From an uncultured Chloroflexia bacterium (lineage in GTDB: Bacteria; Chloroflexota; Limnocylindria; Limnocylindrales; CSP1-4): DNA of 64,000 nucleotides. The notes below the pieces were generated by a model. It did no database searches. It was not told the origin of the DNA and saw only the letters and a list, made by a program, of their open reading frames with translations. Positions 1-10,761 of this stretch are shown here, one piece after another. The position numbers and the translations under genes are program-made. Within the stretch, counting starts at the first letter, position 1. Every line of letters starts with the position of its first letter. The stretch is from assembly GCA_963763775.1 (NCBI GenBank), contig CAVXPZ010000004.1, forward strand, positions 288,001 through 352,000. The letters are read 5' to 3'.

Positions 1-510
1 GGCGAGATCGTCCGGTCGGTCCCGCCCGGGGCTAGTGCCCCCGTCCACGGCCCCGAACGCCTGCTGGATCCGCTCCGCCACGAACGCCAGGCGCGTCTCG
101 GCCTCGAAGGCGTCGTCGACGCAGCCGAGGGCGTCATGGAGCCGCGAGACCTGGCGCCGCAGGCCCGGATCCGCGAGCACCGGCTGGTCCACCGCGCGAC
201 CGACGAGCGCGTCCCCGATGACCGCCGGCTCCAGGTAGATCGCGCGCTTCTGGTAGCCGCCCGACCGCCCGGGCCGGCCGTCGTGGACGACGCCCGGCGG
301 CAGCAGGGACACCATCGATGGCTCGGCGCCGCGCGCGTGGCGGTCGAGGTCGTAGGCGACGGATCCCTCGTCGACCAGGAACAGGGTCCACGTGTCGTGC
401 GTGTGCGGCGGGTAGGCGTGGCTCGCGAACCGCGCCCGCAGCACCTCGCGGACGCCCGGCACCGGCGGACGCCACGCCCTGACGGAGTCCTCACCCTCGA
501 CGGCGATCAC
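1..510 (-). CDS. AraC family transcriptional regulator (N-terminal cupin ligand-binding domain; 3' end runs off the window)
   Basis: Manual translation from GTG at 510 gives MIAVEGEDSVRAWRPPVPGVREVLRARFASHAYPPHTHDTWTLFLVDEG, typical of AraC ligand-binding domains. TACGAT -10 lies 6 nt upstream. Divergent from a LysE gene. Confidence 0.85.
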   Translation of the reverse strand, partial: MIAVEGEDSVRAWRPPVPGVREVLRARFASHAYPPHTHDTWTLFLVDEGSVAYDLDRHARGAEPSMVSLLPPGVVHDGRPGRSGGYQKRAIYLEPAVIGDALVGRAVDQPVLADPGLRRQVSRLHDALGCVDDAFEAETRLAFVAERIQQAFGAVDGGTSPGRDRPDDLA

Positions 511-560
511 CGCAGGATCGTACAAGACCTCGCGCGACAGACGCCGCCTACGGTGGCCCG

Positions 561-1151
561 GTGGAACAGCTCCTCGCACTCGTCGCGTTCTCGTTCGTGA
601 GCTCGGTCACGCCCGGGCCGAACAACGTGCTGTTGTGGGCCTCGGGCGCCTCGTTCGGGCTTCGGCGGACGCTCCCGCACGTGCTCGGCACGGCGCTCGG
701 GATCGGGGCGATGGCCCTGGCGGCGGCATTCGGTGCCGCGGCCGTCATCGCGGCCGTGCCGAGCGTCGCGACGCTGATGAAGGTGGCGGGCTCGATCTAT
801 CTCGTGTGGCTGGCGTGGCGGATCGCTCGGTCCGGCGCCGTGGACCCGGCGGACACGGCCGCCCGCCCGCTCGGGTTGTTCGGGGCCGCCGGGTTCCAGA
901 TGCTCAATCCGAAGGCGTGGATCTTCGCGCTCGGTGCCGTGACGACGTTCCGGCTCACCACGTTGCCGGCCACGGTGGGCAGCGGCGTCGTGGCGCTCAC
1001 GATGATGGCCGTGATCGTGCCGAGTGCGCTGCTCTGGGCCGGCGCGGGCGGCGCGCTCGGCCGGTTCGTCGAACGGCCGCGAACTCGCCGGATCGTGAAC
1101 CTCGCGCTCGCCGCGATGTTGCTCGCGACGGTCGGGCTGGTCTGGCTCTAG
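561..1151 (+). CDS. LysE/RhtB family amino acid exporter
   Basis: SSVTPGPNN and FQMLNPKAW motifs; hydrophobic, 196 aa. Confidence 0.92.
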   Translation: MEQLLALVAFSFVSSVTPGPNNVLLWASGASFGLRRTLPHVLGTALGIGAMALAAAFGAAAVIAAVPSVATLMKVAGSIYLVWLAWRIARSGAVDPADTAARPLGLFGAAGFQMLNPKAWIFALGAVTTFRLTTLPATVGSGVVALTMMAVIVPSALLWAGAGGALGRFVERPRTRRIVNLALAAMLLATVGLVWL

Positions 1152-1154
1152 GGG

Positions 1155-1544
1155 TCAGTCCCGCGGCTGCAGCACCGAGAGGATGTTCCCGGCCGGGTCG
1201 CGGAACCACGCGATGACCGGGCCGCTGTCGCCGCGGGCGATGCCCTTCGGATCGGTCTGGATGTACTCGTTGTCGTAGTGCTCCATCGTGACGCCGGCCG
1301 CGACCAGCGCGTCGACGGCCGCCTCGATGTCGTCGACGACGATATTCAGCACCGTGTAGCCCGCCGGCTGGTGGTTCGGCGACGGGTAGATGATGACCCG
1401 CTGGCCGCCCGCGCCGTGGATCTCGAGCAGGCCCATCTCCTGGGCGTCCCGGACGTCGAGGCCGAGCGTGCCTTCGTAGAACGAGCGAGCCGCCTCGGTA
1501 TCGACGACGGCGAAACTCGAGAACATCGCGTTGTCCTTGAACAT
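1155..1544 (-). CDS. VOC family (glyoxalase/bleomycin resistance) protein
   Basis: MFKDNAMFSSFAVVD...ARSFYEGTLGL...AWFRDPAGNILSV; GGAGG RBS upstream. Forms the 3' part of ORF 1155..2771. Confidence 0.9.
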   Translation of the reverse strand: MFKDNAMFSSFAVVDTEAARSFYEGTLGLDVRDAQEMGLLEIHGAGGQRVIIYPSPNHQPAGYTVLNIVVDDIEAAVDALVAAGVTMEHYDNEYIQTDPKGIARGDSGPVIAWFRDPAGNILSVLQPRD

Positions 1545-1578
1545 CGGTTCCTCCATTGATGTGGGCGGTGGCCGGGAC

Positions 1579-2771
1579 CTACGTCCAGGCCACCCGCCAG
1601 ACGCGCCAAAGAGCGGCGGGATCGGACAGGGGGTCGCCGTGGACGAGGGCGAAGTCGGCCGGCCCGCCCTCTCGGATGACGCCGGCCTCGGGCTCGCCGA
1701 GGAGCTCGCCGCCACGCCACGTGGCGGCCCCGAGGGCTTCCCACGGTGCCAGCCCGGCCGCGACCAGGCACTCGACCTCCCACGCGAGCTGGTTCGCCCG
1801 CGTCGAGCCACCGCCGAAGTCCGTCCCGGTCGCGATCGCGACGCCGGCGGCGTGCGCGAGCCGGACGCTCTCCTCGGCGCGTTCGCGTCGCACCGCGCCC
1901 GCGGCGCGGCGCTCCGGGTCAGTGAACCGCGGGATCGTCGTGGTCGTGCCGAAGACGCCCCACGACCGGAAGATCGCGAGCGTGGAGACCAGCGCGGTCC
2001 CCTTGCGCAGCCATCTCCGCGACAAGGTCCGCGTCGAGCTCCATGCCGTGCTCGAGCGAGTCCACGCCGGCCGCGACCCCGACACGGGCGCCGGCGATCT
2101 CCGAGGAGTGCGCCGTGACCTTGGAGCCGCGCGCGTGGGCGGCCACCACGACCGGCGCGACCTCCTCCGCGGTCCACGGGGCGACGCCCCGCTCCGGCCC
2201 GTCCAGGTAGAGCTTCAGGAAGTCGGCGCCGTCGTCGAGCTGGCCCATCGCGTTCCTGAGGAGCTCGTCGGCGTCGCTGGCCGCCACGACCCGCTCGCCC
2301 GGGATCGTCCCGGTCCGGTCCAGCCACGTGCCAGCGGCCCGGACCATCGGGTAGCCGGCTCGGCCGTGCCAACGGTCGCGGACGCCCAGGCTCAGGGCGC
2401 GGGTGCGGCCGTCCACGGGATCCGTGACGCGCGGCGCGCCGACGTCGCGTGCCCATCGGACGCCGGCCGCGGTCATCAGTCGGGCATTGCGCTCGGCGAC
2501 GTCGAGCATGCGGTCCACGGGGTCGTCGAGGCGCTCGAGCCAGTGCGCCCCGCCCGGCAGGGTCAGAGTGGCTGTGGCAGTCCACCAGGCCCGGGACGAT
2601 GGTCGAGCCGCTCGCGTCGACGACCTCTGCCCCTGGCGGGACGGGCCCCTCGTCGTCGCTCGGGCGGATCCAGGCGATGCGGCCGTCGGTGACGAGCACG
2701 CTCACGCCGACGTCGAGGCGATCCGATCGGCCATCGGCGGTGGCGCCGTCGCGATAGAGGGTGGTGGTCAC
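1579..2771 (-). CDS. Amidohydrolase family protein (frameshifted in this sequence)
   Basis: IVPGLVDCHSH, KVTAHS, SLEHG and GTDFGG...GGPADFALVHGDPL are spread over three frames. Confidence 0.85.
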
Positions 2772-2863
2772 CCGCGCATCCTACGCGCGACGGCCGTCCC
2801 GTCTCGCGCGCGACGCGCTCGCCGGCGTGTCAGCCTTGTCGCAGACACGGAGGAGGTGGCTGG

Positions 2864-3758
2864 ATGAAGATCGGGGTCAACGTCCCGCAAGGCTGGGTCG
2901 GCGAGTACGACGGCTGGGATCCGCTCGACGCGTGGCGACGGACCACGGAGGTCGCCCAGCAAGCCGACCGGCTCGGCTTCGAGTCGATCTGGCTGTTCGA
3001 CCACTTCACCACGGTCCCCCGCCCCACCGACGAGATCACGTTCGAGTCGTTCACGGCCCTCTCCGCCCTTGGCCGCTGTGACGACGCGCGTCCGCCTCGG
3101 CCACGTCGTGATCTGCACGGCGTTCCGCAATCCGGCGCTCACCGCGAAGATGATCTCGACGATGGATGCGATCAGCGGCGGGCGGATGGAGCTCGGCATC
3201 GGCGCCGGGTGGAAGCGCGACGAGTGGCGCTCCTACGGCTACGGCTTCCCCGAGACGAAGGAGCGGCTCGCACGGCTCGGCGACGACCTCGGCGTCATCA
3301 CGGCGATGCTCGCGGGGGACAAGCACGACCACGCGACGTACGAGGGCCCGTACGCGCAGGTCCACGACGCGATCAACGTCCCGAAACCCATCCAGCGTCC
3401 GCGCGTCCCGATCATGGTCGGCGGCAACGGACCCAACGTGACCTGGCGGCTCGCGGCGAGGTACGCGGATGAGCTGAACCTCGACGGGTTGTCGCCAGCC
3501 GAGGTCGCCGAGGCGCTCCCCGTGATCCGGGCCCGGTGCGAGGAGATCGGGCGGGACCCGGCCACGCTCCCGGTCTCGGTCCACCTGTGGGGCGAGACGA
3601 TCGCCAAGCCCGGTGCCTCGCGCGTCGCCGATCTCGCCGGCTACCGCGAGGTCGGCGTCAGCCGCGTCATGGGCCTGGTCTGGGCGTCGGCGACCAACGA
3701 CGAGGCCCTGGAGTCGCTCGCGGAGGACGCGCGCGCCGCGGGGATCGAGATCGGATAG
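2864..3758 (+). CDS. LLM class (probably F420-dependent) oxidoreductase, frameshift near 3070
   Basis: MKIGVNVPQGW...GFESIWLFDHF continues in the next frame as RVRLGHVVICTAFRNPALTAKM...GIGAGW...PIMVGGNG. Confidence 0.88.
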
Positions 3759-3840
3759 ACCCCGTCACCGGGCAGCCGAACGCCCGGCCGGAGGATCCGA
3801 CCGGGCGTCGACGGGCGCTGGGCGGCGTACCCGCCCGAGG

Positions 3841-4670
3841 CTACAGCTCGAGCTTGTCCATGCGCCACGTCGCGAAGGCGACGAGTGCGACCACCGCGAT
3901 CGCCCACGCGATCGGCGTGACGAACCCGGCATCGGCGCCGGCGCCCATGGCCGACGGCCCACGTGCAGGATCGAGGTCGGCAGGAAGGCCGAGACATCGA
4001 CTGGCAGCAGCCCCGCGAGCATCCCCGGCAGGAAGAACGCCGCGATCCCGATCGCCGCGACCGCGGCCTGGTTCGAGACGACGGTCGAGGCCGCGAGCAC
4101 GACCGCGACGATCGAACGCGACCGAGGCGGCGCATCCCGACCGCGGCGATGACGACGACGCTCGCGGACGAGCGTCCCGTACAGGACGGCCACGACGGCC
4201 GACGATCACGGCGAGCGGCACGATGCCGGCGACGATCGCGATCGACCACCGAGGCGGCGGCCCACTTCGAGAGCCAGATCGCGCCGCGCGAGACGGGCTT
4301 GGAGGCGACCCACGAGAGGGTCCCGCGGTCGCGTTCCGCGACGAGCAGGCTCATCGACGCGAAGATCGCGACGACGACGAAGATCTGCGAGCCGATGGCC
4401 GCCAGGAAGTTGTCGAGCGGGACGAGCGAGACGCTCTTGGGGACGGTCGCGCCTTCCGGCGACGTTGGCGATGATCCACGTGCGTGATGGCGCCGTTCGC
4501 CGCGGAGAGGACCATGAACAGGCGTCGTGACGATGAGGATCACCCACGGCCGCTTGCCGTGCGCCCACTCGCCGAGGTCCTTGCGGACCATCGGGCCGAA
4601 GCCCGATGAGGCGGCCGCTGGGCGAGCGCCCGGCGGTCCGGGCGGAGGACGAGACGATCGAGGCGGTCAT
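3841..4670 (-). CDS. ABC transporter permease (frameshifted)
   Basis: ERDRGTLSWVASKPVSRGAIWLSKW motif; hydrophobic fragments in several frames ending MDKLEL; follows the ABC ATPase. Confidence 0.8.
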
Positions 4671-5632
4671 GCCGCACGCTCCTTGGTGTCGACGAGGCGA
4701 AGGAAGACGTCTTCCAGCCCGAGGCGGACGAGGTGGTTCTCGCTGACGATCAGGCCGTGGTCGACGGCGAAGCGGGTGATGCGCGGCCTGGACGGCGGTG
4801 GTGGCGCCCGGCTCGGATCCGGACGATGTAGGTGCGAAGCGTCGGCGTCGCGCTCGGCCGGCTCGACCGAGACGACGCCGGGGATCGCGGTCAGGGCGAC
4901 GGCGGTCGCGTCGTCGGCGCCGCCGAGGACGACCCGGAGCTGGTCCTGGTCGAAGCTCGCGAGGAGCTCGGCGGTGGGGGCGGAGCGGACGAGCCGGCCG
5001 CCATCGAGGATCGCGACGTGGTCGCTGACGCGTTCGACGTCGTCGAGGATGTGGGTGGAGTAGAAGACCGTGACCTCGCCCCGGAGTTCGCGCATCAGGT
5101 CGAGGACCTCGCGGCGACCGATCGGGTCGAGGGCGCTGACGGGCTCGTCGAGCAGGAGCACGGCCGGCGAGCCGACGAGGGCCTGGGCGATGCCGAGGCG
5201 CTGGCGCATGCCGCCGGAGTACGTGTCCGTCCGGCGGTCCGCGGCGTCGGCGAGGCCGACCCGGGCGAGGATGGCCGCGATCCGTGCCGTCGTCGGCCCG
5301 GCCCGTCGGCCGGATAGAGCGAGGCGACGAACCGCAGCGTCTCGCGACCGGTCATCCAGTCGTAGAACCGCGGCTCCTGGGCGAGGTAGCCGACCTCGCG
5401 CCGGTAGCCGGCGCCGGCGTGGACGGGGATCCCGGCGACCGACGCGCGTGCCGCTGGTCGGCTTGGTGAGGCCGGCGAGCATCTTGATGGTGGTCGACTT
5501 CCCGGCGCCGTTGGGGCCGAGGAAGCCGTAGATCGAGCCCGCCGGCACGTCGAGGGTGAGGTCGGTCAGTGCCGCCACGCCCGGGTAGTGCTTCGTGAGT
5601 CCGACCGTCGAGATGGCCGAGTCGTGTGTCAT
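4667..5632 (-). CDS. ABC transporter ATP-binding protein (internal frameshifts)
   Basis: Walker A GPNGAGKS, signature YSGGMRQR, Walker B LLLDEP, STH. Confidence 0.92.
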   Translation of the reverse strand: MTHDSAISTVGLTKHYPGVAALTDLTLDVPAGSIYGFLGPNGAGKSTTIKMLAGLTKPTSGTRVGRRDPRPRRRRLPARGRLPRPGAAVLRLDDRSRDAAVRRLALSGRRAGPTTARIAAILARVGLADAADRRTDTYSGGMRQRLGIAQALVGSPAVLLLDEPVSALDPIGRREVLDLMRELRGEVTVFYSTHILDDVERVSDHVAILDGGRLVRSAPTAELLASFDQDQLRVVLGGADDATAVALTAIPGVVSVEPAERDADASHLHRPDPSRAPPPPSRPRITRFAVDHGLIVSENHLVRLGLEDVFLRLVDTKERAA

Positions 5633-5800
5633 CCGAGTGATCTCCGGTGTCGTGCGAACGGGGCGTTCGCGCTGACATCAGGTTCGGTCGCGAGGCGCCG
5701 GCGTCGTCGGTCCCTGGTCTCGAAGTCCGGTCGCCGCCTGGGTGCGGTCGCGGCGGTCAGCTCATCCCGCGGTATCGGTCGGGCGTCATCCCGACCTCCG

Positions 5801-6486
5801 TCACGCGTCGATCGAGCCTGGACGGATGAGCCCGGCCTCGTAGGCCAGCACGACGGCCTGGGCGCGGTCGCGCAGCTCGAGCTTGTCGAACAGGTGCGAG
5901 ACATGGGTCTTGACGGTCGGTTCGGCGAGCACCAGCTCGCTCGGCGATCTCGCGGTTCGACAGGCCGCGCCCGACGAGCTTCAGGACCTCGATCTCGCGC
6001 TCGGTCAGGTCTCGGAGGGCGGCGTTGCGCTCGTCGTTGACCGGCGGCAGCCGGTCGGCGAACCGGTCGAGCAGGCGTCGCGTGACGGCCGGGGCCAGGA
6101 GCGCGTCGCCGGCGGCGACGATCTTGATCGCGACGACGAAGTCCGCGGGCGTGACGTCCTTGAGCAGGAACCCGCTGGCGCCCGCGCGGAGGGCCTCGAC
6201 GACGTTCTCGTCGGCATCGAACGTGGTCAGGACGAGGACGCGCGTCGTTCGGTGCGACGCCGTCCTTGACGATCCGGCGCGTCGCCTCGATGCCGTCGAG
6301 GACGGGCATCCGGATGTCCATCACGACGACATCGGGACGCAGCCGCTCGGCGGCCGCCACGCCGTCCCGCCCGTCGGCCGCCTCGCCCACGACCTCGATG
6401 TCCGGCTGGTCGTCGAGGATCATCCGGAAGCCGGTCCGGACCAGCTCCTGGTCGTCGACCAGGATGACCCGGATCGGCTCGCTCAC
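5801..6486 (-). CDS. NarL/LuxR family response regulator (frameshifted)
   Basis: [16 protein letters not shown]...[10 protein letters not shown]; the C-terminal [15 protein letters not shown] lies in another frame and ends at TGA 5801-5803. Confidence 0.88.
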
Positions 6487-7677
6487 GACGCGGCCGCCGG
6501 GCCGGGCTCGATCGGCAGCCGGGCGACGACCCGGAACCCGTCGGCGTCGGGCCGGTCTCGAGCTCGCCGCCGAACAGCGCCACGCGCTCGCGCATGCCGA
6601 TGAGCCCGCGACCGCCCGGGTCCCAGCTCACCGAGGTCGCGGTGGCCCGACCCACCCTGGTCGGTGACCTCGATCTCGAGGGCGCGGGGCTCGTAGCCGA
6701 GGCGGACCCGTGCCCGCGCGCCGCGGGCGTGCTTGAGCGTGTTGGTCAGCGCCTCCTGGACGATGCGGTAGGCGGACAGCTCGACCCCGTCATCGAGCGG
6801 CCGGCGCTCGCCGTCGACCGAGAGCTCGACGGCAGACCGGCCGCGCGGACCTCCTCGATGAGCTCGCCGAGGCGGGCGAGGCCGGGCATGTGGCTCGCGC
6901 GCGGCGCTCGCCGCGTCGGCGACGGCGTCGCCCGAGGATGCCGAGCATCCGGCGCATGTCGGTCAGCGCCTGGCGGCTGGTCCGGTCGATCGCCTCGAGC
7001 GCGGACTTCGCCTGTTCGGGCCGCTGGTCGAGCGCCGGTCAGGCCGGCACCGGCCTGGATGACGATCACGCTCACATGGTGCGTCACGATGTCGTGCAGC
7101 TCACGGGCGATCCGCTCGCGCTCGTCCTGGACGGCGCGCCGCGCCCGCTCGTCGCGGTCGGCCTCCAGGATGCGGGCGTTCTCCTCGATGGCGGCGGTGT
7201 AGCGGCGACGCGTCCGGACCCAGTCGCCGAGCGCCCAGATCACGCCGACCGCGAGCATCGTCGAGATCATCCCGGTCAGGGCGCCGACGAGGCCGACCTT
7301 CGCGGCGGTGAGCCCGATGAACGAGCCGGCCATGATGATCGCGGCCGGCGCCGAGACGCGGCGGTCGTAGCGCTCCGCGACCGTGAACAGCGCCACGAGC
7401 GACCCGAACCCCTCGTTGACCGAGATGCCGGTCGCCATGGAGGCGTGCAGGACGGTCGCCCCGAGGCTCACGGCGAACACCGGGAGGGCCATCGCCGGCG
7501 GAAGACGAGCGGCAACGACTCCATCAGGAGCAGGAAGACGCTCAGGGCCTCGCGACTGCCCGTGGATGGGTCGCCGCTGGCCACCGAGACGAGCGAGAGC
7601 CCGGCCAGGCTGACGGCGATGAACCCGTCGACGACCAGGGGGTTGGCGGCGATGGTGCGCCGCAGGTTCGTGATCAC
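6483..7677 (-). CDS. Membrane sensor histidine kinase, HisKA_3 type (frameshifted)
   Basis: N-terminal TM segments, ERERIARELHDIVTHHVS, GRGLIGMRERV...GFRVVARLP. Confidence 0.88.
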
Positions 7678-7897
7678 GACCGTAGCCTACGGTGCGGACC
7701 AGCGCCGGCACATCGTCCTGCGGGGTGATTCCGCACCAAGACCCCGGGATGAGACACGGGTCGACGCGCACGAGTCGACGAGAGCCGCACAATCGGCGGA
7801 GGTACCGGTCCCGGGTGGCCCGACTAGGCCTCTGGCGCCGGCGCGTGCGGGCCCCGTACGCTGTTGCGGTCGGTCAACACCGTCCCCGGTGGAGGCC

Positions 7898-7973
7898 GAT
7901 CGACAATGGCAAACCCGTCGCGAGGCGGGGACGCAAAGCCACGGGCCTCTCGCAGGTAGCCGGGCTGCCGATC
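7898..7973 (+). promoter_or_regulatory. c-di-GMP-I (GEMM) riboswitch
   Basis: GATCG-ACAAT-GGCAAACCCGTC-GCGA-GGCGGGGACGCAAAGCC-ACGGGCCT...AGGTAGCCGGGCTGC-CGATC. Has the GEMM-I hallmarks GCAAACC, a GNRA tetraloop, GGACGCAAAGCC and AGCCGGGYTGCC. P1 = GATCG/CGATC. Confidence 0.88.
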
Positions 7974-7985
7974 AGGAGGTGGACC

Positions 7986-8093
7986 GTGGAGGTCCAAGGC
8001 TCCACGCGCGTGCGGGTCGCCGTTCGCGCGGTCCTGAATCTCGGCCTGGTGGTCGCCCTCGTGCTTGCCACGGCGGCGAACTTCCACGGCTGA
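7986..8093 (+). CDS. 35-aa single-TM small protein under the riboswitch
   Basis: AGGAGGT RBS at 7974-7980, GTG at 7986; MEVQGSTRVRVAVRAVLNLGLVVALVLATAANFHG*; followed by a hairpin. Confidence 0.7.
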   Translation: MEVQGSTRVRVAVRAVLNLGLVVALVLATAANFHG

Positions 8094-8100
8094 AACGCCG

Positions 8101-8133
8101 ACGGCCGTCGGGCTTCGTCCCGGCGGCCGTTTC
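8101..8133 (+). terminator. Putative intrinsic terminator
   Basis: Stem ACGGCCGTCGGG / CCCGGCGGCCGT followed by a short T run, right after the peptide stop. Confidence 0.55.
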
Positions 8134-8338
8134 GCGTCCTCCGCGGCCACGTCCGGCCTCTTGCGACAGGTTGCAGATCGGGGCTATCCAGAACGCCGAT
8201 CATGGGGTAGGCTTGACGAGTAACCGCTGCGGCAAATGTGTCTGCAGCACAAAAACAGCACTCGACGCAAACGCGGACTCCTCTCTCGACTGACGCGAGA
8301 ACCCACGGGATCGCGCCGGGAGCAAGAGGAGTCTCTCT

Positions 8339-8692
8339 TTGTTCAACGATAAGAATCTGACCTGTGCGGACTGTGGACAGGAATTCGTGTTCACCGCGTC
8401 CGAGCAGGACTTCTACAGCCAGCGCGGCTTCACCGAGCCGCGCCGGTGCCCCTCCTGCCGCGCCAGCCGCAAGGCTGCCCGCGACTCGGGTGGTGGTAGC
8501 TCGTACGGCGGCGGGTACTCGTCCGGCGCCGGCAGCTACGGTGGTGGCGGTGGCGGCGGGTACGACCGCGGCCCCCGCGAGATGTTCGCGGCGACCTGTT
8601 CGTCCTGCGGCAAGGAGGCTCAGGTCCCCTTCCGCCCGACGAGCGGCAAGCCCGTCTATTGCAGCGACTGCTTCCGCAGCCAGCGCGGCTAA
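8339..8692 (+). CDS. Zinc-ribbon / CxxC-x17-CxxC domain protein
   Basis: DKNLTCADCGQEFVFTASEQDFY...PRRCPSCR, a Gly-rich linker, then ATCSSCGKEAQVPFRP...PVYCSDCF. TTG start with GAGGAG RBS. Confidence 0.93.
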   Translation: MFNDKNLTCADCGQEFVFTASEQDFYSQRGFTEPRRCPSCRASRKAARDSGGGSSYGGGYSSGAGSYGGGGGGGYDRGPREMFAATCSSCGKEAQVPFRPTSGKPVYCSDCFRSQRG

Positions 8693-8821
8693 CCAGATCC
8701 TCTTGCGCGGGCCGGTGAACGGCCCGCAACCAGCGTGATCTCCGACCCGGGTCGTCAGTCGACCCGGGTCGATCGAATTCCCGGGCCGGTCAGCACCAAG
8801 GCGTGCCCGAGGTAGGGGGCG

Positions 8822-9220
8822 TCAGCCGGCCCCGGTGAACGGTGGCTCATCCTCCCTGAGCGGGCGGAAACGGAGCCCCGACCAGACCTCGTCGACGGCG
8901 ACCTGCGTGATCGGCCGCATCCCGTACGCGGCGACCATCGGCCAGAGGCTGTCGCGGTTGATGTCGGCGCGGTTGCCCTTCGGATAGGCGATCCAGAACA
9001 CCGGGACACGGGCCAGGTCCGACGCGTGCTGCTCGAGGGCAGCGCGGGCCGCGTCGCCGTCCGGGGCGAACACGACCGCGACGTCGCCGTCGGCGAGCGA
9101 CTCGACGACAGCCGCGCCAGCCGGCAGCGGCATGATCAGGGCCTCACGGGCCGGGTCGGAGAGCCACACGCGCGTTCCCGGCTTGATCAGGAGCTTCGCC
9201 GCGACGGGTCGATCGCTCAC
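8822..9220 (-). CDS. Conserved hypothetical protein (DUF3052-like)
   Basis: AAKLLIKPG...FWIAYPKG..ADINRD...QVAVDEVWSGLRFR; GTGA overlap with the upstream stop. Confidence 0.75.
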   Translation of the reverse strand: MSDRPVAAKLLIKPGTRVWLSDPAREALIMPLPAGAAVVESLADGDVAVVFAPDGDAARAALEQHASDLARVPVFWIAYPKGNRADINRDSLWPMVAAYGMRPITQVAVDEVWSGLRFRPLREDEPPFTGAG

Positions 9221-10626
9221 GCGGACGCGGACGGGTCCGAGCCGGTCGCCGATGGCGTCGGCGGGATGTTCTGGTTCGATCGGAAGAGGTTCGTCGGGTC
9301 GTATCGCGCCTTGATCGCGGCCAGGCGGTCCCAGGTCGGCCCCGGGTACGCGGCGTGGATCCGCGCCTCGCCCTCGTCGGCGACGAAGTTCACGTAGGCG
9401 GCGTCGTCTCCCTGGTACAGCGCGGCCGAGAAGTCCCGGACCCAGCGCTCCCGGACGGCCTGGTCGTCCGGGCCGTCGTAGAACGCCGCGACGTTGACCA
9501 TGATCCGGCTCGCCCGATGCGCATACGCGGTGGCATCGGCCGGGACCCGGGCGGCGGCGCCGCCGAGGACGCGCAGCTGGGCCACGCGCACGGACGCATC
9601 GGACGCCTGAAGCCACGAGAGCATCGTGTCGGCCTCGTCGGAGCCGACGTGGTCCATGTACATGGTTCGCGAGATCGCGGTCGGGTGGTAGTCCGGGTCT
9701 TCCGGGCCGTAGATCTCCGGATACCGCATCGGCCGCACCAGGTCGCCCAGGGGGGTCGCGAGCGCCCGGAACGGCGCCATCGCCGCCTCGCCGGCCTCGA
9801 CCGGCCCAAGGTGACACATGATCGCGAAGTTCACGACCTGGCCGTGGTGCTCCTCGGCCACGAATGGCATCGGCGGGCACGGCATGACGTTCGCGATCGC
9901 CGACAGGGCCTCAGGGGCGGCCTCGGCCGCCGCGATGAACCCGGCGATCGACTCCGGGGTCGCCGGCAGGATGAGGAGCCCGCCCACGACCTGGTCGATC
10001 GGGTGCAGCCGGAACTTGAACCGAGTGGCGACCCCGAAGTTGCCGCCGCCGCCGCGGATCGCCCAGAACAGGTCCGCGTTCGTCTCGGCATCGGCCATGA
10101 GGAACTCGCCGTCGGCGGTCACGATCTCGGCGGCCAGCAGGGAGTCGATGGTCAGTCCGTACGCCCGAACCAGGAATCCGACGCCGCCGCCCAGGGTGAT
10201 GCCGCCGATCCCCACCGAGCCCGTGTCGCCGAACCCGACGACGAAGCCGTGCGCATCGAGCGCCGTCGTGAGCGCCACGGCGGTGAGCCCCGTCTCCGCC
10301 CAGGCGGTCTGCGCTTCCGCGTCCACCTCGAGGCCGGTCATGTCGTGGAGGTCGAGCACGATCCCGTCATCGACGACCCCATGGCCCGAGGCGCTGTGTC
10401 CGCCGCTTCGCACGCTCAGCGGGAGGCCGCTCTCGCGCGCCAGCCCGATGACCCGCTGGACGTCGCTGACATCCGCCACGCGCACGATGACGGCGGGCCG
10501 CCGATCCATGCCGCCCAGGAAGAGCTGGCGCGCCTGGTCGTACTCGGGATCGCCCGGGGCGATCACCTGCCCGTGGATCGCCTCGCGGAGGGACGGGAGC
10601 GAGACGGCGCCGATGGTCGTGGACAT
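9217..10626 (-). CDS. FAD-binding oxidoreductase (berberine-bridge/VAO family)
   Basis: VRSGGHS, LFWAIRGGGGNFG, RLAAIKARYDPTNLF. Confidence 0.93.
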   Translation of the reverse strand: MSTTIGAVSLPSLREAIHGQVIAPGDPEYDQARQLFLGGMDRRPAVIVRVADVSDVQRVIGLARESGLPLSVRSGGHSASGHGVVDDGIVLDLHDMTGLEVDAEAQTAWAETGLTAVALTTALDAHGFVVGFGDTGSVGIGGITLGGGVGFLVRAYGLTIDSLLAAEIVTADGEFLMADAETNADLFWAIRGGGGNFGVATRFKFRLHPIDQVVGGLLILPATPESIAGFIAAAEAAPEALSAIANVMPCPPMPFVAEEHHGQVVNFAIMCHLGPVEAGEAAMAPFRALATPLGDLVRPMRYPEIYGPEDPDYHPTAISRTMYMDHVGSDEADTMLSWLQASDASVRVAQLRVLGGAAARVPADATAYAHRASRIMVNVAAFYDGPDDQAVRERWVRDFSAALYQGDDAAYVNFVADEGEARIHAAYPGPTWDRLAAIKARYDPTNLFRSNQNIPPTPSATGSDPSASA

Positions 10627-10761
10627 GCGGGCTTCCCCCTGATGCGGATGCCTCGATGGTACCGGCGGGACCACGGTCCCGCATCGGACAGGACCGTTGT
10701 CGGGCGCCTCTGGAGGTGCCGGGCGTGTACCGTGCGCGTTGTCGCCACGCAGGAGGTCGGG

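Noticed and set aside
1155-2771. Amidohydrolase-glyoxalase fusion (538-aa ORF)
   Set aside because: Artefact of frameshifts. The amidohydrolase ends at 1579 and the VOC gene has its own RBS and ATG at 1544.
8743-8771. Doubled palindrome CGACCCGGGTCG
   Set aside because: Only two copies, between convergent genes; most simply a terminator-type hairpin.
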